Source: Planctomycetota bacterium
GTDB taxonomy: Bacteria; Planctomycetota; UBA1135; UBA2386
Reading direction: 5' to 3'
Assembly: GCA_046290465.1 (NCBI GenBank)
Contig: JBKAGP010000001.1
Span: forward strand, 4,832,001-4,896,000
Length of the DNA stretch: 64,000 nucleotides
A model generated the notes under the pieces. It did no database searches, was not told where the DNA came from, and saw only the letters and a program-made list of their open reading frames with translations. How positions within the stretch are numbered: the stretch's first letter is position 1; every line of letters begins with the position of its first letter. A program made the translations under genes and the position numbers. Below, in pieces: positions 40,478-48,222 of the stretch.

Positions 40478-41494
40478 ATGAGTGAGCTGCCATCGCTGGA
40501 TGAAGTCGTGCCCATCGATACGGATGAGACCGTGCACGCCTTGTTGGGCAACGGGTTCAGTCGGGCGTGCAGGGATGACATCTTTGCCTACGACGCTCTG
40601 TTCGAGCAGGCGGACTTCGCGGGGCTGTCTGTTCATGCTCGTGCGGCCTTCGCAACACTCAAGACGACGGACTTTGAGGCTGTGATGACCGCACTGCGTC
40701 ATGCGGCCGAGCTTGTTCGACTGTACGATCCAACGAACTCCGCGTTGTCGAAGCAGTTGCGAGAGGATGCCGATGGCCTGCGCGAGGTCCTTGTGCAGGC
40801 AATCGCAGGTAGCCACCCTGCGCGTCCCCACGAGATCCCCAGCGATTCGTACGAGCGGTGCCGACGTTTCCTCAGCCGTTTTAAGCGCATCTACACCGTC
40901 AATTACGATCTGCTCCTCTACTGGGCCTTGATGCAGTCGGAACTTGGGGAGGAGATCCCGTTTGATGATGGATTCCGTACTCCGGAATCCGGTCCGACGG
41001 ACTACGTGACCTGGGAGCCGTGGAAGAACCACAGCCAGACCGTGTACTACCTTCACGGTGGCCTGCACATCTTCGATGCCAAGTCGGAGGTGCAGAAGTA
41101 CACCTGGATCAACACCGGGGTTCCGTTGATCGATCAGATCCGTCAAGCACTAGAGGATGGCAAATACCCCTTGTTCGTTGCTGAGGGCGAAACTGCGCAG
41201 AAGCTGGCGCGTGTCCGCCACAGCGACTACCTTGCCCGAGCTCTCAAGAGCTTCGCCAACATCGGCGGGACTCTGGTCGTGTATGGGCATTCCTTCGCAA
41301 CCAACGACGACCACATCTTTGATCGGTTGGCCGGTAATCAAGTCCGCAGGCTTGTTGTTGGCATCTACGGCGATCCGGACTCCGCCGACAACAAGCGCAT
41401 TCGTCGTCGAGCTGAGATGCTCTCGGAGCGCCGTTCGGCCAAACGGTCTCTCGACGTGAGCTACTTCGATGCGGCTTCCGCTGAGGTGTGGTAG
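40478..41494 (+). CDS. Cassette 5: DUF4917 family / SIR2-like domain protein
   Basis: LLGNGFS, IYTVNYDLLLYW, DDGF, YYLHGGLH, PLFVAEG, VYGHS...DDHI. Confidence 0.85.
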   Translation: MSELPSLDEVVPIDTDETVHALLGNGFSRACRDDIFAYDALFEQADFAGLSVHARAAFATLKTTDFEAVMTALRHAAELVRLYDPTNSALSKQLREDADGLREVLVQAIAGSHPARPHEIPSDSYERCRRFLSRFKRIYTVNYDLLLYWALMQSELGEEIPFDDGFRTPESGPTDYVTWEPWKNHSQTVYYLHGGLHIFDAKSEVQKYTWINTGVPLIDQIRQALEDGKYPLFVAEGETAQKLARVRHSDYLARALKSFANIGGTLVVYGHSFATNDDHIFDRLAGNQVRRLVVGIYGDPDSADNKRIRRRAEMLSERRSAKRSLDVSYFDAASAEVW

Positions 41495-41503
41495 GCTCGG
41501 GCT

Positions 41504-41567
41504 TGCTAACTAGTCGCAGGAGCTGACAGCGCTTCGCGCTGCAGCTCAGCGACCAAAGACGTTGGAC
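41504..41567 (+). repeat. attC site 5 (64 bp)
   Basis: TGCTAAC...GAGCTGAC AGCGC TTC GCGCT GCAGCTC...GTTGGAC; TGCTAAC complements the cassette-start GTTAGCA. Confidence 0.92.
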
Positions 41568-41583
41568 AGGCCGTCGTCGAATC

Positions 41584-41919
41584 ATGAGTCGAGACGTCGA
41601 GGTCGAGATCACCTACCTGCCAACCGAGCACGGCGGGAGATCGAGCCCAGCTTTCAACGGCTACCGACCGCAGTTCTACTACGCCGGCAACGACTGGGAT
41701 GCGCAGCACGAGTATCCCGACGTGGAGCGAGTAGCGCCGGGCGAGTCGGCCCGTGCATTTCTGAATTTCTTGTCTCCCGCGCAGCACGTCGGACGAGTAG
41801 TCGCCGGCATGCCCTTCTTGATTCGCGAGGGCAACCGAGTTGTTGGCTACGGACGCGTCCGGCGGGTCGTTGACCTCGAGCAGTCCGCGGCACGTGACGA
41901 TCAGCCGCGCAGTGAGTAG
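41584..41919 (+). CDS. Cassette 6: stand-alone EF-Tu C-terminal (domain III)-like protein
   Basis: 111 aa: EHGGRSSPAFNGYRPQFYY...VAPGE...GMPFLIREGNRVVGYG.V resembles EF-Tu EGGRHTPFF.GYRPQFYF...F.IREGGRTVG.G; no GTPase domain. Confidence 0.85.
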   Translation: MSRDVEVEITYLPTEHGGRSSPAFNGYRPQFYYAGNDWDAQHEYPDVERVAPGESARAFLNFLSPAQHVGRVVAGMPFLIREGNRVVGYGRVRRVVDLEQSAARDDQPRSE

Positions 41920-41922
41920 GCT

Positions 41923-41985
41923 GTCCAACTAGGCGCAGCAGCCGGCGACGCTTCGCGTCGCGGCTGAGCGCCAAAGACGTTGGAC
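41923..41985 (+). repeat. attC site 6 (63 bp)
   Basis: GTCCAAC...CAGCCGGC GACGC TTC GCGTC GCGGCTG...GTTGGAC. Confidence 0.92.
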
Positions 41986-42010
41986 AGACCGGTCCGGCCA
42001 AGGAGGAGCC

Positions 42011-42262
42011 ATGAGTGTCGATCAGGTTCGAGTCATCATTCGCTTGTTCGCGTTGGCGACGGTCCTGGTTGGAGCGGTCATGACAACCATGACGCTCATC
42101 GGAGTTGTCGCGTGGGGGCAAGCGACGATCTCGGTTAGCGATCAGGAGTGGAGTGGTGCTGGCATGGATGCCTACGCGATAGCTGCACACGCTTCGATCA
42201 TTGCATGGGGTGTCGGGTTTCACCTTGCCAGCGGGCGGCTTGCCAAACTGGTCGTCAAGTAG
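42011..42262 (+). CDS. Cassette 7: small two-TM membrane protein
   Basis: 83 aa; AGGAG RBS; two hydrophobic helices. Confidence 0.75.
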   Translation: MSVDQVRVIIRLFALATVLVGAVMTTMTLIGVVAWGQATISVSDQEWSGAGMDAYAIAAHASIIAWGVGFHLASGRLAKLVVK

Positions 42263-42276
42263 CGGAATGGTAGGCT

Positions 42277-42342
42277 GTCCAACAAGGCTCAGCAGCTGAC
42301 GCTCGCTTCGCTCGCGCAGCTGAGAGCCAAGAGACGTTGGTC
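42277..42342 (+). repeat. attC site 7 (66 bp)
   Basis: GTCCAAC...CAGCTGAC GCTCGC TTC GCTCGC GCAGCTG...GTTGGTC. Confidence 0.9.
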
Positions 42343-42366
42343 GGACGGGGCGGGAGGTTAGACCGA

Positions 42367-43305
42367 GTGACACTTGAGCAGCTGAGAGCCATCGTGGACC
42401 GCATGGAGGCGCGCAAGCAGCGTGCAGCCGCGCGAGTCAATCCGAGTGAGTCGTCACGCATGTGGTTCGCGATGCTCGGGGTTGAGCTTGAGGCGCCTGA
42501 GCTGCAGATTGGCGAGATCGCCACGCTTCGCCGAGTCGAGGAACCGCCCGGCGAGATCGAGCTAGCATCTGCTCTGCAGGATCGCAGCTTGATGAGTGCA
42601 GTCGGTCGCTACTCATCTTCGATTCGCGCCGAGTTGGGAGTCGAGCGGCTGAGGCCCGAGCATCCGCAGAGTGCTCTGACGCTCGGCTGGTGGTTGATCT
42701 CAGCACTTCGCATCAAGACCCTTGGCGACTTCCTGGTTCCGGCAGTTGCAGACCATCCATGGGGCACCATTGCAGGGCTGCCGGAGACGTCTTGTCACGT
42801 GCAGCTTCTTGAGGATGTTCCAAGGAGTCGACGACTTGAGTCAGTGCCAGCAATTGCCAAGTCAGATCTAGACTGGGTTGAGGAGCACCTAGCCTCGCTT
42901 GCCGAGTTGCTCGAGGTTACGCGATTCCGGCTTGCCGTTGAGTGCCTCACCACGCATCAGCACGAGGGCAGCTTGCGGATGACAGCTGCGTCTCTCTGGA
43001 GCGGGATCGAGGCGCTGTTCGGGGTGACGAGTGAGCTACGGTTTCGGTTGGCGTCCCTGGCAGCTGCCTTCTTGGCGCCCAGGGGCGACGCGCGTGTGCA
43101 GCGCTACCGAGAGACCAAGCGTCTGTACGACGTGCGATCCAAGGTCGTGCATGGTGCCGCAATCGAATCCGATGCGGTCACGCAGCACGTCCTACTAGCG
43201 CGCCAACTCTTGGCAGAGCTTCTATCTCGAATGATCGAGGCTGGTCGAGTTCCGGCAGGTGATGATTGGGACGCGATCCTTCACGGTGAGCCGCCGGCCA
43301 ACTAG
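42367..43305 (+). CDS. Cassette 8: HEPN domain protein (ApeA/RiboL-PSP-like)
   Basis: LWSGIEALF...ELRFRL...LYDVRSKVVHG with an intact RxxxxH motif; GGGAGG RBS before GTG 42367. Confidence 0.8.
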   Translation: MTLEQLRAIVDRMEARKQRAAARVNPSESSRMWFAMLGVELEAPELQIGEIATLRRVEEPPGEIELASALQDRSLMSAVGRYSSSIRAELGVERLRPEHPQSALTLGWWLISALRIKTLGDFLVPAVADHPWGTIAGLPETSCHVQLLEDVPRSRRLESVPAIAKSDLDWVEEHLASLAELLEVTRFRLAVECLTTHQHEGSLRMTAASLWSGIEALFGVTSELRFRLASLAAAFLAPRGDARVQRYRETKRLYDVRSKVVHGAAIESDAVTQHVLLARQLLAELLSRMIEAGRVPAGDDWDAILHGEPPAN

Positions 43306-43359
43306 GCTCAGGAGCTGACGGCGCTACGCGCCGCAGCTCAGAGCCCAAAGACGTTGGGC
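43296..43359 (+). repeat. attC site 8 (64 bp)
   Basis: GGCCAAC...GAGCTGAC GGCGC TAC GCGCC GCAGCTC...GTTGGGC. Confidence 0.92.
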
Positions 43360-43460
43360 AGACGTGTGCGATTCTGCATTCTGGGGCTACCCCTGGAGGC
43401 GCTCGCCCGACCTGAGTGTGCGGGTTTGCCTCCGGATGTCGGACGCGCTTTGATGACGAC

Positions 43461-44258
43461 ATGAGTGAGAAGAGTGCAGAGTCGTCGGGCGTTAATCCCG
43501 GAGAGCCCGATGCCGGGAAAGGCGATCTGACCTCGAAGCTCTTTGGCGTCACCTTGTTGCCCGCGCTCTCGAAGTTGCTCAATCCATCGGCCGAGTTACT
43601 TGGGGCGGAGCTGCGTGCGTCCATTCAGGAGAAGCTGGCGGATTGGAAGGAGCGCGCTCGAGCGCGAAACTTGGCGGGCAACATCCGCATGGCATCGGAG
43701 CGCCTGAAGCGCGAAGACTCCTCAGGCAAGGCTGGCAGCGTTGAAGGCGCCACAGCCTTCGAAGAGTGGTGCGAATGCGCATCCGAGGTCGACCCCGAGT
43801 CGGAGCTCGGCCGAGTATGGCAGGAGATTCTGGTCGACATCGCATTGGGTCGTACGTGGGCGCGGCACCACGTCGATGTGCTGAAGCGGCTGAGCGCCTT
43901 CGAAGCAGAATCGCTCATTCGTCTTGTTGAGACAGGGGGACTCAAGCAGAGGGCTGAGAATGCTGCCATGTTCGCGAAGCTGCGGGAGTTGGGCCTTGCG
44001 AAGAGATTCACGGTGCTGACCGACCTGAAGTTGCTAGGTCTGCTGATAGGTGGCGCGCTGGCCCTATCTCTTGCTACCGCTACGACCTTCGGAATACCGA
44101 GTCTCTGGGAAATGTCGGAGCGCACTAAGCGTTTCTATGGACGGTGTTTACTGGTGGCGTGGGCATTCGTCGGCTACTGTGTGACGCGCTGGCAATACAT
44201 GGGTCACAGGCCCACCCGACTTGCCATTCGCCTAGTGGGTAAGGCGCGGCGTTCATGA
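43461..44258 (+). CDS. Cassette 9: Abi-alpha/DUF2806-like protein with two C-terminal TM helices
   Basis: ASEVDPESELGRVWQEIL...VDVLKRLSAFEAESL resembles the Abi-alpha L..lWa.LL...f..iL..Ls..eA pattern. Confidence 0.6.
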   Translation: MSEKSAESSGVNPGEPDAGKGDLTSKLFGVTLLPALSKLLNPSAELLGAELRASIQEKLADWKERARARNLAGNIRMASERLKREDSSGKAGSVEGATAFEEWCECASEVDPESELGRVWQEILVDIALGRTWARHHVDVLKRLSAFEAESLIRLVETGGLKQRAENAAMFAKLRELGLAKRFTVLTDLKLLGLLIGGALALSLATATTFGIPSLWEMSERTKRFYGRCLLVAWAFVGYCVTRWQYMGHRPTRLAIRLVGKARRS

Positions 44259-44303
44259 GCGACCTTGCGGAGTATTGTGGAGCGCATTGTTGGTATCGTC
44301 GCT

Positions 44304-44367
44304 GCCCAACTAGTCGCTGCAGCTGACGACGCTTCGCGTCGCAGCTGATGGGCCATAGACGTTGTGC
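44304..44367 (+). repeat. attC site 9 (64 bp)
   Basis: GCCCAAC...CAGCTGAC GACGC TTC GCGTC GCAGCTG...GTTGTGC. Confidence 0.9.
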
Positions 44368-44401
44368 ATCGAGCGGCAGCTGTGAGGTCAGGACGTTGGG
44401 C
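44368..44401 (+). repeat. Right-half attC remnant (deleted cassette)
   Basis: GCAGCTGtgaggtcaGGACGTTGGGC matches the right arm of the other attC sites, 34 bp after the previous core. Confidence 0.7.
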
Positions 44402-44414
44402 CGGCGATGACAGT

Positions 44415-44975
44415 TTGCCTTTGATCGACGCACACACAGAGTTCGGCCGAGCCGTCATGGAGACGGTTGCATGGTGTCGGGCGCGCTTCGATGTCGGGGC
44501 CGCGGCCCAGTCGTTGCGATCGCCGGGCCTTCGGCCCGCGCACCACATCGTCGAGTTCGGCGAGGTCGACACCGCTTCGGTGGTGCGCTCGGTCGTTGTC
44601 CGTCGATCAGAGGAGCTGCGACGTTCGGGGTTTGGAGGCCAGGTTTCTTGCTCGGGCGGGCCTTCGCTTGACGGCGGGCGCCTGCTTGCGATGCATCCCT
44701 CCCGGAGCCTGTCTCACGGGTTGTCGGTCGCGCCGACGCGTGGCTTCCTCGACGAAGACGAAGTGCCAGCTTGGGACTCCTGGGTGTGGTTCACGGGCGG
44801 ATGTCTGATCTCGTGGGTGCCTCGTGACCTTGTGTCTGGCGTGCAGGATGCCATCGACTGCAATGCAGAGGAGTCGATCGCCTGGGTGTCTGGATGGCCC
44901 ACAGGTGTCGAGCCGCCAGCAACCGTCGACCCGCGCGTGCCAGCCCGACGGCGGCCGTGGTGGATGTTCTGGTAG
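44415..44975 (+). CDS. Cassette 10: hypothetical protein ending in RRPWWMFW
   Basis: GRLL...GFLD...PAWDSWV...LISWVP motifs; start uncertain (TTG 44415 or ATG 44457). Confidence 0.65.
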   Translation: MPLIDAHTEFGRAVMETVAWCRARFDVGAAAQSLRSPGLRPAHHIVEFGEVDTASVVRSVVVRRSEELRRSGFGGQVSCSGGPSLDGGRLLAMHPSRSLSHGLSVAPTRGFLDEDEVPAWDSWVWFTGGCLISWVPRDLVSGVQDAIDCNAEESIAWVSGWPTGVEPPATVDPRVPARRRPWWMFW

Positions 44976-44998
44976 GGGAGGCAAGGTCTCGTCGAGCC

Positions 44999-45034
44999 GG
45001 CCGACCCGGTGCGGGTGCTGACGGCGCTTGGCGC
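44999..45034 (+). repeat. Decayed attC (left half only)
   Basis: GGCCGAC-N9-GTGCTGACGGCGCTTGGCGC aligns with the same spacing to attC8 GGCCAAC-N9-GAGCTGACGGCGCTACGCGC; no GTT core follows. Confidence 0.6.
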
Positions 45035-45164
45035 GCGCGCCACCGGCATGGAGGCAGGCGGGGCCGCCGGGGTTTTCGCTAGGCAGCGGGCCTCGCTCGG
45101 CCCCGCAGTTGCGCCGACCGTTCCTTGGTGGTCTCGATGCTCGTCGCTCGGTTAGAAGGGCTGC

Positions 45165-45542
45165 ATGACAGATCCAGCAGATGCCTTCCCCGATGACGAA
45201 GATGGCGCCGTGCTCGCCTCGCTGGCCGAGGCCGGTGTCGACCTGAGCAAGCCGATCGAGCTCGAGTTCGTCATCGACGCGCCCGACGAGGCTGCGGCCA
45301 ACCAGATCGCCGCGGCCGTGCGCGCTGCCGGCCACGAGTGTCAGGTCGAGTACGACGAGGGGGAGCCGGACGAGGACGACGAGGCCGATTCCGGCGACGA
45401 GGAGTTCGGCCCGTCGTGGGCGGTCTACGTGAGCCTTGAGGCGGTGGCGGAGCACGCCCGGATCGTGCAGCTGCAGCAGATGTTCACCCAGCTGGCGGAG
45501 CCTCACGGCGGCGCCTGCGACGGCTGGGGTGCGATGGCCTGA
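45165..45542 (+). CDS. Ribonuclease E inhibitor RraB-like protein
   Basis: DGAVLASLAEAGVDLSKPIELEF...HGGACDGWG; highly acidic. Confidence 0.75.
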   Translation: MTDPADAFPDDEDGAVLASLAEAGVDLSKPIELEFVIDAPDEAAANQIAAAVRAAGHECQVEYDEGEPDEDDEADSGDEEFGPSWAVYVSLEAVAEHARIVQLQQMFTQLAEPHGGACDGWGAMA

Positions 45543-45783
45543 GCCGCGGCGTAGCGCTGGAAGGCGGCGTGTCTTGGCGGGGCAGGGCGTCCAGGCAGGG
45601 CAGGGCGTCTCGGTGCGTCACGCGGGAGTAGAAAAATACGTGGAATCGACACTGTAGGAACCCTGAGGGTTACCCAGACGAGGTGTATTGCATACACTCG
45701 ACCAGGATCCGACGGGGAAGGAAGTGTCGTTGGCAGCCAGCGGCCGCTCCGCCGGAGCATTCGGAAACGAAGGAGGATCCGAA

Positions 45784-46377
45784 ATGATCTGGAAGACTCT
45801 CGCTCTGCTGGTCGCGCTCGCCGCGCCCGCACTCGCCGCCAACCACGAAGCGTCCGCCAAGCCGGACCTGATCGTCAACGTCTTCAGCCTCGCGAGCTGC
45901 AAGTGCATCGCGCAGGAGAACATCAACGTGACGTGGGCCTCGGGCCTCTGCACCAGCCAGCAGAACCCGTTCATGCAGCACGAGTGCTTCGTCAAGACCG
46001 AGGTGCCACACCACCCGGCGCCGGCCGAGCCGAACGGCTACTGCCACATCGAGCCGACCTGCCCCGACTCGGCGGCTCCGTGCCAGTTCCGCGGCTACCA
46101 GGTGACCATCAAGCGGCGCTGGTGCCTTGCCAACGACTGCTGCAGCGGTGGTGCGCGGGTCTCGCTCGACGGCGTTGCGCAGGGCGGCCTGCCCGCCGGT
46201 GGCGGCATGGTCGGCCCGATCATCTGTGATCCGGGCGCGCTCGCGTGCGGCAAGGACGTGACGAAGAAGATCAAGGTCTCCTGCGGTGGCGCGATCGTGT
46301 TCCGCGTCGAGGCGTCGTTCGTCTGCAACCCGTGCACGGTCATCTCCGAGGCGCAGGCCGTCGGCGTCGGCAACTAG
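45784..46377 (+). CDS. Secreted cysteine-rich protein (15 Cys)
   Basis: AGGAGG RBS before ATG 45784; signal peptide MIWKTLALLVALAAPALA. Confidence 0.75.
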   Translation: MIWKTLALLVALAAPALAANHEASAKPDLIVNVFSLASCKCIAQENINVTWASGLCTSQQNPFMQHECFVKTEVPHHPAPAEPNGYCHIEPTCPDSAAPCQFRGYQVTIKRRWCLANDCCSGGARVSLDGVAQGGLPAGGGMVGPIICDPGALACGKDVTKKIKVSCGGAIVFRVEASFVCNPCTVISEAQAVGVGN

Positions 46378-46393
46378 CACGAGGAGCCACACG

Positions 46394-47233
46394 ATGAACC
46401 GCCGCACCATGGTCGCGACCGCACTGGCGGTCGCCGTCATCGCTGCCGTCGTGTGGGGCGTGGACTGGGGTGGGCGTGAGCCCGCTCCGGTCGACGTGCC
46501 ACCTGCGGTGCCCGAAGTCGACCTGGAACAGAAGCAGGTCTGGATGGACCGGCTCGAAGAGGCCGGTTCGGTGGTGTTCCGGGAGCAGGCCGGGACCAGG
46601 TCTCCGTCCGACGAGCTGGCGTCGGTCACGGTGACGACCTTCGGTCCGCTGGGGCCCGACGCCCTCGCCCTCGCCACTGAGGACCTGTCGTCCCAGCTGG
46701 TCCACCTGCAGGCGAAGATCGATGCCGTGCCCGGCAGCTCGGCCGAAGCCAAGGGGCGGACCGGCGAGTTGCGGCTGGCGCTCGATGCCGCGCAGTTCTT
46801 GCTGGCCAAGGCGCGGATCGAGTTGGTCGTCGACATGCTCGGGCGCGGCGACTACGCGACGATCGCCGTCGATGCGCCACGCCCTCCGGAAGTGGACGGC
46901 TTCGACCGCGTGATCCACGGACCGGTGCCCGGTCCCGATGGCAAGAGCTGCGAGCTGGTGTTCTTCGTCGACCAGAACAATGCCCGCTTCACCGAGGCGT
47001 CGGAGTATCGCGCTGCCATCTACTGGGAGTACTGGCGCGCCTTCGTCGACGACTTCAACCAGCGATCGATCGAGGATCGCAAGGCGCGCATCGCGCTGCA
47101 CGACCGCGCCCAGGAACAGCGTTCGGGCGGAACGGTCGAGGAGGAGATGACGCCCGAAGAGCTGCAGGCCGCGGTGCTGGTCGGCCCGCTGACCGTCGAT
47201 CGGGTGCAGCACCTGTTGGGCCTGCGCCGCTAG
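46394..47233 (+). CDS. Hypothetical membrane-anchored protein
   Basis: GAGGAG RBS, ATG 46394; N-terminal TM helix; directly downstream of the Cys-rich gene. Confidence 0.65.
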   Translation: MNRRTMVATALAVAVIAAVVWGVDWGGREPAPVDVPPAVPEVDLEQKQVWMDRLEEAGSVVFREQAGTRSPSDELASVTVTTFGPLGPDALALATEDLSSQLVHLQAKIDAVPGSSAEAKGRTGELRLALDAAQFLLAKARIELVVDMLGRGDYATIAVDAPRPPEVDGFDRVIHGPVPGPDGKSCELVFFVDQNNARFTEASEYRAAIYWEYWRAFVDDFNQRSIEDRKARIALHDRAQEQRSGGTVEEEMTPEELQAAVLVGPLTVDRVQHLLGLRR

Positions 47234-47235
47234 CG

Positions 47236-48204
47236 TCAGCGCCCGGTCGCGCCGGCCGGCTTCTTCTTGCCCTTCTTCTTCGCCGCCTTCGCTTCGTCGT
47301 CGGCGATCTTCTTCAGGACCTCGTCGGCCCACTCCCGGTTCGCCATCGGGAAGCCGAGGCGGGCGCGGCTTTCGAGGTAGCTCTTGGCGACGGCGCGCGC
47401 GAGGTTGCGGATGCGGCCGATGTAGGCGGCGCGCTCGGTGACGCTGATCGCGCCCCGGGCGTCGAGCAGGTTGAACGTGTGGCCAGCCTTCAGCAGCTGC
47501 TCGTAGGCAGGCAGCGCCAGCTGCTGCTCCATCAGGTGGTTGGACGTCTTCTCGTGTGCGTCGAACGCCTGCAGCAGGAAGTCGACGTCGCTGTGTTCGA
47601 AGTTGTAGGTGCTCTGCTCGACCTCGTTCTGGTGGAACACGTCGCCGTATTTCAAACCGTCGGCATACGTAAGGTCGAACACGTTCTCGACTCCCTGCAG
47701 ATACATGCAGAGGCGCTCGAGGCCATACGTGATCTCGCCGGTGATCGGGCGGCAGTCGATGCCGCCGACCTGCTGGAAGTAGGTGAACTGCGTCACCTCC
47801 ATGCCGTTGAGCCAGACCTCCCAGCCGAGTCCCCAGCAGCCGAGCGTCGGGTTCTCCCAGTCGTCCTCGACGAACCGCACGTCGTTCTTGTTGAGGTCGA
47901 ACCCGACCGCCTTCAGCGAGCCGAGGTAGAGGTCGAGGATGTCCTCGGGCGCCGGCTTCAGCACCACCTGATACTGGTAGTAGTGCTGCAGGCGGTTGGG
48001 GTTGTCGCCGTAGCGGCCGTCCTTCGGCCGGCGGCTCGGCTGCACGTAGGCGGCCTTCCACGGCTCGGGGCCGATCGCGCGCAGGAACGTCGCCGTGTGG
48101 CTGGTGCCGGCGCCGACCTCCATGTCGTACGGCTGCAAGAGGGCGCAGCCCTGGGCGTCCCAGTACTCCTGGAGGCGGAGGATCAGTTGCTGGAAGGTCA
48201 GCAT
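47236..48204 (-). CDS. glyQ: Glycine--tRNA ligase alpha subunit
   Basis: [74 protein letters not shown]. Confidence 0.98.
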   Translation of the reverse strand: MLTFQQLILRLQEYWDAQGCALLQPYDMEVGAGTSHTATFLRAIGPEPWKAAYVQPSRRPKDGRYGDNPNRLQHYYQYQVVLKPAPEDILDLYLGSLKAVGFDLNKNDVRFVEDDWENPTLGCWGLGWEVWLNGMEVTQFTYFQQVGGIDCRPITGEITYGLERLCMYLQGVENVFDLTYADGLKYGDVFHQNEVEQSTYNFEHSDVDFLLQAFDAHEKTSNHLMEQQLALPAYEQLLKAGHTFNLLDARGAISVTERAAYIGRIRNLARAVAKSYLESRARLGFPMANREWADEVLKKIADDEAKAAKKKGKKKPAGATGR

Positions 48205-48210
48205 GGCGGG

Positions 48211-48222
48211 CGAAGATCCTAG
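48211..48222 (-). promoter_or_regulatory. CTAGGATCTTCG motif upstream of glyQ
   Basis: Identical to the motif upstream of glyS. Confidence 0.55.

Larger units (their letters stand above)
38016..45060 (+). mobile_element. Integron gene-cassette array with no integrase in the window (CALIN-like), about 10 cassettes
   Basis: Nine 63-66 bp imperfect palindromes of the form RYYYAAC...GTTRRRY separate co-oriented single ORFs. Each cassette's 5' GTT core is complementary to its own 3' inverse core. The region is visibly more A/T-rich than its flanks. Confidence 0.93.

Noticed and set aside
41584..41919. Calling this gene tuf
   Set aside because: It is only 111 aa with no GTPase domain, and it is bounded by attC sites.
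39364..44367. The ~64-bp repeats as a CRISPR array or plain terminators
   Set aside because: Spacing is 300-1400 bp with whole ORFs in between, the repeats have RYYYAAC/GTTRRRY ends typical of attC, there are no cas genes and no U-tracts.
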